DNA of 63,841 nucleotides from Paraspadella gotoi (lineage: Eukaryota; Animalia; Chaetognatha). The position numbers and the translations under genes are program-made. Positions 14,099 to 27,130 of the stretch are shown in pieces; positions within the stretch are counted from its first letter, which is position 1, and each line of letters opens with the position of its first letter. The stretch covers positions 18,046,643 to 18,110,483 of the forward strand of contig CM119265.1 of the NCBI GenBank assembly GCA_051294375.1. The letters run 5' to 3'. The notes below the pieces were generated by a model that ran no database searches, was not told where the DNA came from, and worked only from the letters and a program-made list of their open reading frames with translations.

Positions 14099-16305
14099 GT
14101 AATTTTCTTCCTCACCGCGGGATGGCGTTTTTTTATTTTTGCGACCTCTGAACTGCTTGATAAGTAAGCGGGTTGCAGCAATTAAGGGGTGGCACTATTG
14201 CTCTATCTCGGCAAGTTAGGATTTGTTAAAGTTTAACAACAAAACCTTTGGCGCTGCAAAAAGATTGTAGATGTAACCATCCACATTGCCACGAGCCCAC
14301 GACGCTTGGAATAATGCCTCTCCGGGGGCATCACACCAATCTGCTTTTCTTCTCAAATCTACGCAGCAGAGCACAGTACAACAAACCTTAAAGCCACTCT
14401 CTCTGCATCAACAGAACAATCCCAGTCTCCATGAGACGCCACCTCGCGGCTGGTGGACCAACAGAGTCTTCGAAGGTCCAAACAACGACGCCGCTTTCCT
14501 CCAATTGACGTAGTTCGACGCCGCCGCCAAGGATCAAACGACGCCGCTCGGACGAAAGTGACGCCTCGTCAGCAAAAACTTTTTTTTTTTTGTCGGTTCG
14601 ACAGACGAACGTTGGACGTCGGGTCATCCGCGTCGGCGAACCCGACAAAAGAAAGATGGCGCAGGACAAAAAAAAAAAGAAAAAGAAATATGGCGGCCAT
14701 CTTGGAGAGGTCGGAGAGTTTTTGGAGTTGGTAGGGGTGGAAGATTAACGGGAGTGAATTCACAGTCAGACACGCCCACTAAGTTCCGATTTTAATCTTT
14801 GTAGGGACATAGGTAGTACCAATTTTCATTGCTAAACGATTTTTATTAGTTTGCCGCAAATAAGTATTCTTCCAGCTCTCACTCCCTCGGCTCGGATGTT
14901 ATCTCCGTCTCTGTCTCTCTCTGACTTTTAAACTCCGTCTCACACTCTTCTCTTTTCCTTCTCCAAATATCATTTCTTCGCGACGTCGGAAAAAAAAATG
15001 GCGACAGTCATTTCCGGTTGTTTAGGGTTACGGGTTTTTCGACTTCCGCTTGAACTTTCGGGTTCGTTCGAGTTCTCAACCCCGAAGATTCTTTCCTTTT
15101 ACTTTTTTTACCCTTTTTTTTTTTTTGTGACGGGAATTTCGGCGGGATTGAGAAAAGGGAATCCGACCGGCATTCTCTCTTTGTGACGTTCTTTCTCCGT
15201 TGGTATCTTCGTTTGTGGTTGCAATTTATCGACGCCACGGATCGTGTTGTACCCTTTGAAAGAACCTCTAAATTCTCGCTCAGTTAATTTTATACTACAA
15301 AAATCGTTTCGAAATTACGCAAGGGGTTTGGCGTCCTGTGTGACGGCGGTTTTTTTTGTTGCCACGAACCAGTGAAAGGATTTTTTTTCTCCCTTGGAAA
15401 ACCTTTTTCAAACTTTTGCGAAAGAACGGACCGTAAAACTTTTATACCTCTTTCCATTGAAAACTTATTTTTTTATTTTTGGCTCCTGTATTCAGGACTT
15501 TACCTACAACTTCTCTCAGAGAGAAAACAAAATTGTGAGGTAAAACAGAATAAAAATGATTTTAAAAAAAAATTAGAATTTCTCCTGATGATTTATTTCA
15601 CTAAAAGCGTTGAACCTAATCTGCTTAATCGTTGCTCGGAGACTCACGCTCGCGGGCGTCAAAGGACGGCGTCACGACAAAGTCACTGGCGCCACCGCCT
15701 CCACCGCCCCCCGTCGAACGTTGCTCTTTTGTCCGGAGTTAATCCCGCCTTCCGTCGCCGCCCGCCGACGCCGTAGCGCCGCCTCCCGTGCGAGTCGTAA
15801 AACCTGACAAAGTTTTGTGGATCCTCGTCGATTCTTTCGAAGAGGAATTTGGCAAAAAAAAAAAAGGAAAAAAGGAAAAAAAGGATATGATGGGAGGGGG
15901 TGCAGGGAATGGGAAAAATGAGATGGTAGAGGGAGCAGAGAAGAATGAGTTCAGTGAACAGAAATAGCAAAATAGAAAAAAGGAAAAGGTGGTATATAGA
16001 TTATAGAATGTTGAATAAGCAGACAAGAAATAGAGGGAAAAAGGTAGGAAGACATGAAGACAAGAGTGACATGTCGGAAGTTCCTCCTTGCAATCATGAA
16101 ATGAAATAAGAGCCATAAGGATCGTGAAATCAGGGTGATGTGGAAGTAAAAATAATAGAATCGGCAGCGGTGGTGGGTGTGGGGGTGTTACAACGGGTAC
16201 AAAATACTTAAAGAAAGAAGAAGATCTTTGCGATGCCAATGATTGTCAAAGCGGAAATGGCAAAGCTTGTAATTTTTTTTTTTTAGAGAGAGAGAGAGAT
16301 TTGAG
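1367..16305. repeat. Large inverted duplication IR1: left arm ~1367-8862, unique spacer ~8863-9944 (ends in a 25-N gap), right arm 9945-16305
   Basis: Reverse-complement matches along the arms. Examples: 1367 ctcaaatctctctc...ttacaagctttgccatttccgc vs ~16250-16305; 2631 ctaaacaaccggaaatgactgtcgcc vs ~15000-15025; ~8790-8860 cgagatgaaattaatttgattaaatttaagaaac vs 9945-10015. Near-identical opposite-strand ORF pairs (1559+/15739-, 1862-/15610+) agree. Identity is high over 1367-2668 and indel-rich from ~3280 onward. Confidence 0.95.
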
Positions 16306-17915
16306 ATAGTTTCAGTTGAAAAGGTTACGAGGGTCGGGTGTGGGAGGTTCGGTTGTGTTTGGAATGAGAAAGATTGGGTGAGTTCCGATTCTTAGATTCT
16401 TTAAACCAAAAGTGTTGATCGGTGACATTTTCGACAATTAGTATCGTTGGGTGTGATCGGGTAAGCGAGCCTCTTGGTTTCCAGTCGAGTAAGGAGAGAC
16501 TCTCAAATCTTTCGCGGACACGGAAAAAGGTTGCGTGACCCCGAAATGAACCTTTTAAACTTTTTCCCCTTTCGTTGTCATGGGAGAGTTCTCCGGCTAA
16601 GTTCTCGGTCCCGGCTAAGTTTCAGATTTACTCTCTTTTTCTTGGGTCCCTCCCTCTCTCTCTTTTTCACTTTGGGTCATGAAACTAAAGACAAAAAATT
16701 TAAAAGAAACATCTTTTTTAAACAAATTGAACACATTTTTTATCTCTTCGCTAGTTATTTTAATTAAAAAAACTTAATTTGTATGAAATTGGTACAACTA
16801 ATATAAAAATTATCCATTCATTTACTATTATTTTAAGGCTTCTTGCTTCAAGTTGCCACTAAAGTCAATTTTTTTCGAAAACAGCAAACTCGCAACATCT
16901 AAGATGGCATGTCAGAGACCCAACAGCGAGGATCGAGTGGCAGATATGGTGATAGGCGAGGATGTCAGCCCCGATGGAAACGAGGATAAGGTCGCTGCAA
17001 AAATGCAAAACGCAAAAACGCGTCCAACGACGTTTTAAAAAAAAGAGCTTCCTTGGGGAGCGTCAATTGCAAATCCCGGAGCGGTCGTCATCGTCGTTCT
17101 CTTTGCCAACGTCGTCGTCGTCGTCATCTTCGTTTTCTTCGTCGTCTTCGTCGTCTTATAAGTCGTCGTAGTCTTTGTTGTCTTCGCCGTTATCTTTTTT
17201 TGTATTTTTTTGTTCTCGTGTTTTAAATAGTCATCGTTATTGTAGTTCCCTTCGACTTCTTGGTCGTCTTCGCCTTTGTTCTTATTGTCTTCCTGATCTT
17301 TATTGTCTTCTTCATCGTTTTCTTCATTGTCGTGGTTGTCATCGTCGTCTTCGTCGTTGTCATCGTCGTAGTTTTTTTCGTACTCGTCGTCGTCATTGTC
17401 GTCGTCGTCGTCTTCGTCGTTCCAGAGCGTTTAACAGATGGCGTTTGTCAAAGATTTGGCGAGGTTAGGGGAGAAGATGTCATTTTTTGGGTTTTCCAAT
17501 TTTTTGGGGGGGTTGTTCTCCTGCTTGAGGCTTTAAACCAAAATAGTCGTTATTCTTGGGAGATTGTTATTTTTAGATTTAAAAGTGGTTTTGGATTCGC
17601 GCCTTCGCTGAAAACCCATTGATTTCATCTTCCTTGATTTTCGTTTCCATTTTCGAAACAACAACGATGGACGCGAATTTCGTCGTCTGCTTCGGCTCGA
17701 GATCTTTCCGCTCCGTCCGCTTCTGACCTTTTTCCGCTTCCTCGCTCCCATATTTCGCTTCCTTACCTACCACGTTTATTTTTTGTCACTTGTCGACCCG
17801 TCTGAAGCCCGTCGGCCGCGGCGCTGCCCGGCGCCAGCCGATCGTCCGGTCATTGACCCGGCAGTCGAGACTCTCGATAGACCGAGAACCAAGAGACGGG
17901 CATCACCCTCGAGAA

Positions 17916-18047
<132 letters not shown>

Positions 18048-18484
18048 CTCTTCAAGTGAATTAATGATCGGAGGACCTCGGGGATCTAAAATAACGTTTT
18101 TCTCTCTCAGAGTTTTTAGAGAGAATGAGAGAGGAAGACGTATTGTCCGAGTGGAAATGGACAAGGGAAGATTTGAAAAAAAATTGTAAAACAAGAAAGG
18201 AAGGATTTATACTATAGTCTTTAAATAAAGTTGAATAAAGAATCTTTTCAAGTCGGAAAAGATGAATTCTTAGGGAAAGAGTAGGCCCGTTTCTCTTAAC
18301 ATTAAGTAAATTGAACAAGGAACGAGAAAACAGACTCGGCCTTTTAGTTTTAGATATCTCTGGCGTCATTGTCTTCAGCCTTGTCGGTGATCTTCATTAT
18401 GGTTAGCGCGGTTTTCGGTGGAAGTAAGGTGAAACCCTTTTCCGAGACAACTAATTCCTTCGCCTCATGAAGCGACCGAGACTT

Positions 18485-18518
<34 letters not shown>

Positions 18519-18675
18519 TCTGTCTCTCTCATCTCTCTCTCTCTCTTTCTCTCAGTCCTTTCACCTCCGCCCCTTAATCGCGGTTGTTTCTTATTCCGTT
18601 CACAGTTGGATAAGGGATAACCCGATCCGACGTAAATACATCGCGATCTTCAAAGTCCATTTCTTTACTCTCTCT

Positions 18676-18749
<74 letters not shown>

Positions 18750-19804
18750 CTCCTCTCTTTACGGTCGCGAGGTCTCGAACGCGAGACTTCAGGGAAGTGT
18801 GGCGAGGTATGATGGCCCATGAGGGTGGCGGCCGAGCGGCGGCGGCCGGTAGCGGGCGGCGGCGGTAGCGGCGTCGGCAGCGGCGGGCGGCTTTTGGGCG
18901 GTTCGGAAACCATATGGAGAATTAATGTTCTCTTTTTTTTCCTCTCGTTACACTTCGAAGGACTCCCAGAGTGGATGAGGAGGAGGAGGAAGAAGAAGAA
19001 GAGGAAGAGGAAGATGACGGAGACGAAGTGTAACGAGGGTTAGAATTAGGACCCAACGGAGGAAGCCAGGAGGAAAGAAGTGGAGGAAAAAGAAAAGGAA
19101 AAAAATAATTATTGNNNNNNNNNNNNNNNNNNNNNNNNNGGAGGGAAGCCAGGGAAGGAAGAGAAGTGGAGGAAAAAGAAAAGGAAAAAATAATTATTGC
19201 AATCATTGTCAAATGGTCGGGGGGAAACTCGCGTGATTAAAAGAAAGCATCCATTGGTCGACTGCGAACCAATCGGATGGGAGCGATTGAAGTTGAAGCG
19301 TGGGCGGTTGAGGAGAGCGGGGTGAAGGGAGGAAGGGGTGGTTAGGCGGGGCACCGGCGAAAAGGATCTTTTAAGATGGAGCGGGAAGAGAATTCGATCG
19401 AGAGATAACGCGAAATAGAAAGTTGAGGGGAAAAAGAGAAACGAGAAGAGAGAACATAAAGAAATAAACTGAAAAGTAAAAATTGGTCTTCGAGAGCATA
19501 GGAAACAAACCGAAAATTACTCTAAAATGAGTTACTAAGGCGAGTTAAAGGTCATTTATATGTACTTCAATTACCAAGTTATGATAAAGTGTCTCGAGAG
19601 AAAATAAAGGCAAAAATAAAACACAAAATCTGTGAAATAAGCGGGAAAAAATGGCAGATAAAGCAAAACTTACAATGAGGGAGAAACCAGTGGAGAAGAC
19701 AAAGAAGAGGAAAATGAGAGAAATAAAAGAGAGAGATTGAGACGAGAGATAAAACGGTTAAAGGAGGGAATAAATAGGAAAGACAGAGAGAGTAAGAAAA
19801 ATAA

Positions 19805-19805
19805 A

Positions 19806-19837
<32 letters not shown>

Positions 19838-19841
19838 AATA

Positions 19842-19913
<72 letters not shown>

Positions 19914-20070
19914 AAAAGAACCAATAGGAAAAAGAAAAAAATATAAGCAAAGAAGAGAAAAAAAAATAAAAGAAAAAAATAGAAAAGAAAAGAACAAAAA
20001 AGAAAAGAACAAAAAAGAAAAGAAAAGAAAAGAACAAAAAAGAAAAGAAAAGAAAAGAAAAGAAAAAAAG
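19805..20070. repeat. (GAAA)n followed by (AAAAG)n-like microsatellite; similar (GAAA)n at ~28700-28790 and ~59361-59443
   Basis: Direct reading; these produce the FFLSFFLS ORFs. Confidence 0.97.
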
Positions 20071-20216
20071 AAAAACGAGAAAGAAAGGAAAAGGAAAAAG
20101 AGAGTAAGAAAGCCCAAAAAAGAACAGTAAGACAAAAAGAAAAAAATAAGGAAAAATAAAACATCCAAAGAGACAATAAAGAAATGAAGAAAGTTCAGAG
20201 AGAGAGAGAGAGAGAG

Positions 20217-21480
20217 TTTCTCCAATGAAACAATGTTTTTTGAAAATAGTATTTAAAAATTCTTAAAAAACAAACAGTAATCTCCAAAAACTATATAATT
20301 CGCACAATTTGTTTTAGCTCTTGGCCTGCTTTTGACAATACACTTTTTCTTTCGAAGAACCGCATATACAATGTTAGTAACCTGAAAATTTATAAATTCA
20401 TTAATATCAGGGCATTCAGAAAACAACGAATCACCATGGTTTTTAGTCGGTTCCGCTTATCAGCAGATCCCGACTCTTTAATCCACTTTTGGTCGGTCCG
20501 TCGTTCGCCCCCTCAATCTTGTCGGTCATTGACTAAACATGTCAGACACATCAATTATGATAAATTATGAAAAAAAAAATGTCCCGTCCGTCCGTCCGCT
20601 CCGTCCCCACCTTAGAAAAAAAGTTCAATTATTCGTGATTGGATGGTTGGATTGGAATAAATTTTTTTGTTATGGGTAGGAAAGTGTGTGAGGAAGCTGG
20701 CATATATAGTTTCGATGGAATCGTTGCGAGCGATGTTAAAAAAATGATGCGAGTTGAAAAGAAAATATTAGTTTAAAAAAATTATTTTGTTTGTACATTT
20801 CTCTCGACATTTACAAGTATTTTGCGACATTTATTTTAACAATTGGGATATAAACCTTGTAGCAATTGTAGAGGCAGTTGTTTGTTGTTGTTTTTTAAAT
20901 TTTATTCAGAACTCTTGTTTGTTTGTCTTTCTGTCATGTTTTGACTGTTTAGTCAGTTAAAAGGAAAGAAAAAACAGTAATTCGAAAATAGTGAAGAAAA
21001 CAAAGAAATTAAAAAAATTGGAAAAATTAAGGAACATTACGACCGGAATTTTGCGTCCATCCCACCTTTTCAAATTACTCTTTCGACAATGTATTTTTTA
21101 AAAAAATATTAAACCTACGAGGATTTAGAGTGTATCCTACCCCGAAGGGAGAGATGATCATTTTTCCCCTGCTTCTTCCAGTTTTTTTCTTTTTTTTTTT
21201 TAAGTAATTTCATGATTTATACTTATCTTCCATTCTTCGTTGCATCAGAAAGACAGGAAGACAAATGAATAATGCCGCCGTCGTTTGTACAGGACAAAAC
21301 TTTTTTTTTTTGCTTTTTTTTTCATTTTATCATATTATTATTTTCTTGTTCTTCTTTGACGCTACATCGGCGACTTCCAAGAGAAATCTTTAGGAGGGCA
21401 GCGAGAGGCGGTGGCTGGAGTAATGAATGAGATTACGAACCTGAATAAGAGTCAAAAAATGGACAAGATAACGATAACGA

Positions 21481-21521
<41 letters not shown>

Positions 21522-21526
21522 GTCTC

Positions 21527-21592
<66 letters not shown>

Positions 21593-22964
21593 TCTCTCTC
21601 TTTCTTATCTCTCTCTCTCACTAAATTTTGACTAACGTTTCCCGGGTTGTGCGTCATCCTCCCCATTCGCGTCAAATAAAGCGTTTTTATGCCGCCAATA
21701 AGGCGATAGAGCCGTAACCGCCGCAGCCGCCGCCGCTTCCGCTTCGGTGGTATTTAAGCGCGTCTATTTTGGCGTCACTATCTTCGCCGACTTCCGGTTC
21801 CCGAGAGGCGAAACGTAACTCAGGCGCCGGAAGCAGGCGCTGGCACGGCAGCGCGCCGTAGGTGGAGACTGGGAGGTGGACGGACTCTTAAGATGTTCGA
21901 GTTACCCTTTTCGTTTAGATGTTTATATATATATATTTTTTACCTTTTTTCATTCTTTTTCTTTTTCTACCAATTAACTTCTTTGCTTTTAAGATAACCA
22001 CTTTGATATTAAATTCCCTGAGTCGCGTTTCTCAAAAACAAACCCTTTTTTTATTTCTTTCCCAATATTTTCATTGTTTCAGTCGTCTTTCGTTGTGCCT
22101 CGCTCTATGGCCTCCATCTTTCCTCCATCCCCTCCCAAATATTCCACCCCTCCCCTTCCCCCCTCGCCCCTCCTCTCCCCTCCTCCTCCTCTTCTCTCCC
22201 CCCTCCCCCCTCCGTCTTTTGATGTATCGAGACGAAAAATTTACGGTGAGATTCGTCATTTTTCACTTTTTCGTTTCCCTTTTTTTTTTTTTATTCTCTT
22301 CCGACGTTTCTGAGCGACGGAGATCCGGGGGAGGACCGGGGGAGAAAAGGAAAGGAAAGAGAGAAGGAGAGGAAATGGGGTTAGGACAGAGGAGGATGAA
22401 AAAAAAAAGATAGGGAAGAAGGAAGAAAAAAATAGGGGAGAGGAAGGAAAGAGAGAGAGAGAGGAAAAAAAAAGGGATGAAGGAAGGAAGAGGAGGGAGG
22501 AAAGAAAAAGGCAGTGAGTGAAGTGCGACCGATTTGTGATAGTCTCTAAGAAATCTCGCGATATCAGATTGGCGAAGAGTGGATGAGACTAATCCGTAGT
22601 TAGTGAACTACAACTTTGGAATACACATTGGTGCATTTTTGCACTCTTGAAGAACAGGAAGTTAGACCTAACTTAGTAAATCAACCGGCAAATGATTTTG
22701 AAAAAAATCAATGATAGATCGACTCGCTTCGAAAACAAAATTTTAAAGTGAGTTTGATGATTTTTTTTAAATTCAAAATAAAAGGAAAAAAAAGGGGTTC
22801 GAAAAGTCGTCGGCTGTATTTTCTAACGAGATAAGAAAAGACGTCTGGAGTTTAAATCCGCGCGAGAGCTGGATCATAAATCCAAGAGAATTCAATTTTG
22901 CTGCGAACCACATTTTTCTTTCTTTTTAAAATAAAAATCCGCCCTGGAATCTTCTCTACGACGG

Positions 22965-23009
<45 letters not shown>

Positions 23010-23025
23010 GTTCTCTCTCTTTCTG

Positions 23026-23058
<33 letters not shown>

Positions 23059-23083
23059 NNNNNNNNNNNNNNNNNNNNNNNNN

Positions 23084-23118
<35 letters not shown>

Positions 23119-25770
23119 CGTCGTAGAGAAGATTCCAGGCGGATTTTTATTTTAAAAAGAAAGAAAAATGTGGTTGCGCACAAATTGAATTCTCTTGGAT
23201 TTATGAATCCAGCTTCGCGCGGGATTTAAACTCCAGACGTCTTTTCTTATCTCGTTAGAAAATACAGCGACGACTTTTCGACCCTTTTTTTCCTTTTTAT
23301 TTTGAATTTAAAAAAAAAATCATCAAAACTCACTTGTAAAATTTTGTTTTCGAAGCGAGTCGATCTATCATTGATTTTTTCAAACATTTGCCGGTTGATT
23401 TACTAAGTTAGGTCTAACTTCCTGTTTCTTAAGAGTGCAAAAATGCACCAATGTGTATTCCAAAGTTGTAGTTCACTAACTACGGATTAGTCTCCACTCT
23501 TCGCCAAATCTGATATCAGCGAGATTTCTTAGAGACTATCACAAATCGGTCGCACTCACTCACTGCCTTTTCTTTCCTCCCTCCTCTTCCTTCCTTCATC
23601 CCTTTTTTTTTCCCTCTCCTCTCTCTCTTTCCTCCTCTCCCCTATTTTTTTTCTTCCTTCTTCCCTATCTTTTTTTTCATCCTCCTCTGTCCTACCCCCA
23701 TTTCCTCTCCTTCTCCCTCTTTTTCCTCTCCTTTTCTCCCCCGGTCCTCCCCCCGGATCTCCGTCGCTCAGAAACGTCGGAAGAAGAGAATAAAAAAAAA
23801 AAAGGGAAACGAAAAAGTGAAAAAATGACGAATCTCACCCGTAAATTTTTCGTCTCGATACATCAAAGAAGCGGAGGGGGAGGGAGGGGAGAGAAGAGGA
23901 GGAGGAGGGGAGAGGAGGGCGAGGGGGGAAGGGGAGGGGTGGAATATTTGGGAGGGGATGGAGGAAAGATGGAGGCCATAGAGCGAGGCACACGAAAGAC
24001 GACTGAAACAATGAAAATATTGGGGAAAGAAAATAAAAAAAGGGGTTTGTTTGAGAAACGCGACTCAGTGGAATTTAATATCAAAGTGGTTATCTTAAAA
24101 GCAAAGAAGTTAATTGGTAGAAAAAGAAAAAGAAATGAAAAAAAGGTAAAAAAATATATATATATAAACATCTAAACGAAAAGGGTAACTCGAACATCTT
24201 AAGAGTCCGTCCACCTCCCCAGTCTCCACCTACGGCGCCGCTGCCGTGCCAGCGCCTGCTTCCGGCGCCTGAGTTACGTTTCGCCTCTCGGGAACCGGAA
24301 GTCGGCGAAGATAGTGACGCCAAAATAGACGCGCTTAATACCACCGAAGCGGAAGCGGCGGCGGCTGCGGCGCGCCGTTACACGCTCATAAATCGCCTTA
24401 TTGGCCGCATAAAAACGCTTTATTTGACCGCGAATGGGGAGGATGACGCCACCAACCGGAAACGTTAGTCAAAATTTGTTGAGAGGGAGACGCCGCCGCC
24501 TGTTGCCCCACCACGACATCCTCTCCCTTATATAATTATTTCGCACATTATTTTGCCTACCCACGATACAATCCCGCTCCCAAGAACGGAGACGAAGAGA
24601 GATCGCGAAAGCGCAACGGCCGATGCTGCCGAGCGAGAGAAGACCGCAGCCTGAAAGACGTACGATCGCGTAGCCGCCCACAGCGAGACCTCCCCGTTTT
24701 TCTTGGACTCTATTCTTTGATCTGCTTGAAGAGTGAGAGACGTCTTGTTTCACGCCGAGAAGCAGGGAAGAAGAAACGAACAGAAGCGAAGCAGAGAAGG
24801 AGGCGACGCCCCCCGGAGCCCGCCCTCCACCCGCCCCGCCATTCGCCGCTATAGCTGCCGACCGCAGTGTGCTTGGCTTTCCCGCCCAGGCAGTCTCATC
24901 TGGGCGCGCCGGCATCGCGCCTTCCCAGCCCACGATGCGCCGTCCTGACGATGCTTGCGTCGATTCCCCGAGGAGGAGATACCTCTGGTATTCGCAGCTC
25001 GGTAAGAAAGCGTATTTCTTGATTCCTTGGTGGGATTGGATGTTGACGCCACGCTGACGTGTCTGTCGAGCGCGCCCTTGATCAAGAGGAACTTGGTCGC
25101 AAAAGAAAACAGACAAACAGACGTCACAAAACGTGGTTAGTATGACGATACGATAAGTGGGAAAAGCAGGAAACAAAAAAGAAAGAAAAGGATATGACAT
25201 CAGTGAAACAGACTGAACCACACAGCACCCTTGCACTTTTTAAGTNNNNNNNNNNNNNNNNNNNNNNNNNTACGACTGAAACAATGAAAATATTGGAAAG
25301 AAAATAAAAAAAAGGGTTTGTTTGAGAAACGCGACTCAGTGGAATTTAATATCAAAGTGTTATCTTAAAAGCAAAGAAGTTAATTGGAGAAAAAGAAAAA
25401 GAAATGAAAAAAGGTAAAAAAATATATATATAAAACATCTAAACGAAAGGGTAACTCGAACATCTTAAGAGTCCGTCCACCTCCCCAGTCTCCACCTACG
25501 GCGCCGCTGCCGTGCCAGCGCCTGCTTCCGCGCGCCTGAGTTACGTTTCGCCTCTCGGGAACCGGAAGTCGGCGAAGATAGTGACGCCAAAAATAGACGC
25601 GCTTATACCACCGAAGCGGAAGCGGCGGCGCTGCGGCGGTTACGGCTCTATCGCCTTATTGGCGGCATAAAAACGCTTTATTTGACGCGAATGGGGAGGA
25701 TGACGCACAACCCGGGAAACGTTAGTCAAAATTTAGTGAGAGAGAGAGATGAAGAAGAGAGAGAGAGAGC

Positions 25771-25803
<33 letters not shown>

Positions 25804-25805
25804 GC

Positions 25806-25836
<31 letters not shown>

Positions 25837-25843
25837 GAGAGAG

Positions 25844-25875
<32 letters not shown>

Positions 25876-27130
25876 AATATCGTTATCGTTATCTTGTCCA
25901 TTTTTTGACTCTTATTCAGCGTTCGTATCTCATTCATTACTTCAGCAGTCCCCTCTCACTGCCCTCCTAAGATTTCTCTTGGAAGTCGCCGATGTAGCGT
26001 CAAAGAAGACAAGAAAATAATAAATGATAAAAGAAAAAAAAAGCAAAAAAAAAAAGTTTTGTCCTGTACAAACGACGGCGCATTATTCATTGTCTTCCTG
26101 TCTTTCTCGATGCAACGAAGAATGGAAGATAAGTAATAAATCATGAAAATTACTTAAAAAAAAAAAAGAAAAAAACTGGGAAGAAGCAGGGGAAAAATGA
26201 TCATCTCTCCCTTCGGGGTAGGATACACTCTAAATCCTCGTAGGTTTAATATTTTTTAAAAAAATACATTGTCGAAAGAGTAATTGAAAAGGTGGGATGG
26301 ACGCAAAATTCCGGTCGTAATGTTTCTTAATTTTTCCAATTTTTTTAATTTCTTTGTTTTCTTCACTCTTGATTTCGAATTACTGTTTTTTCTTCCTTTT
26401 AACTGACTAACAGTCAAAACGATTGACAGAAAGACAAACAAACAAGAGTTCTGAATAAAATTTAAAAAAAACAACAAACAACTGCCTCTACAATTGCTAC
26501 AAGGTTTATATCCCAATTGTTAAAATAAATGTCGCAAAATACTGTAAATGTCGAGAGAATGGTACAAACAAAAAATTTTTTTTAACTAATATTGTTTTTT
26601 CAACTCGCATCATTTTTTTAACTCGCTCGCACGATTCCATCGAAACTATATATCCAGCTTCCTCACACACTTTCCTACCCATACAAAAAAATTTATTCCA
26701 ATCCAACCATCCAATCACGAATAATTGAACTTTTTTTCTAAGGTGGGACGGACGGACGGACGGACGGACATTTTTTTTTTCATAATTTATCATAATTCGA
26801 TGTTCTGACATGATTTAAGTCAATGACCGACAAGATTGAGGGGGCGAACCGACGGACCGACAAAGTGGATTAAAGAGTCGGGATCTGCTGATAAGCGGAA
26901 CCGACTAAAAACCATGGTGATCGTTGTTTCTGAATGCCCTGATATTAATGAATTTATAAATTTTCAGGTTACTACATTGTATATGCGGTTCTTCGAAAGA
27001 AAAGTGTATTGTCAAAAGCGAGGCCAAGAGCTAAAACAAATTGTCGAATTATATAGTTTTTGGAGATTACTGTTTTGTTTTTTAAGAATTTTAAATACTA
27101 TTTTCAAAAAACATTGTTTCATTGGAGAAA
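20217..27130. repeat. Large palindrome IR2: left arm 20217-23058, centre (CT)n / 25 N / (AG)n, right arm 23084-27130 with an internal re-duplication
   Basis: 20217 tttctccaatgaaacaatgttttttg is the reverse complement of ~27105-27130, and ~22900-22965 mirrors ~23115-23180. Mirrored ORF pairs 21919+/23863- and 21433-/25682+. Segment ~23999-24477 recurs directly at ~25272-25733. Confidence 0.95.

Noticed and set aside
14186-14560. High-complexity island in IR1 that might be an exon
   Set aside because: No consistent frame with splice sites, and sequence errors make translation unreliable.
15021-15030. TTAGGG-like words (also ~35921)
   Set aside because: Single occurrences, not telomeric arrays.
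24469-25236. 255-aa minus-strand ORF
   Set aside because: No recognisable motif; lies in a probable low-quality read segment next to a gap.
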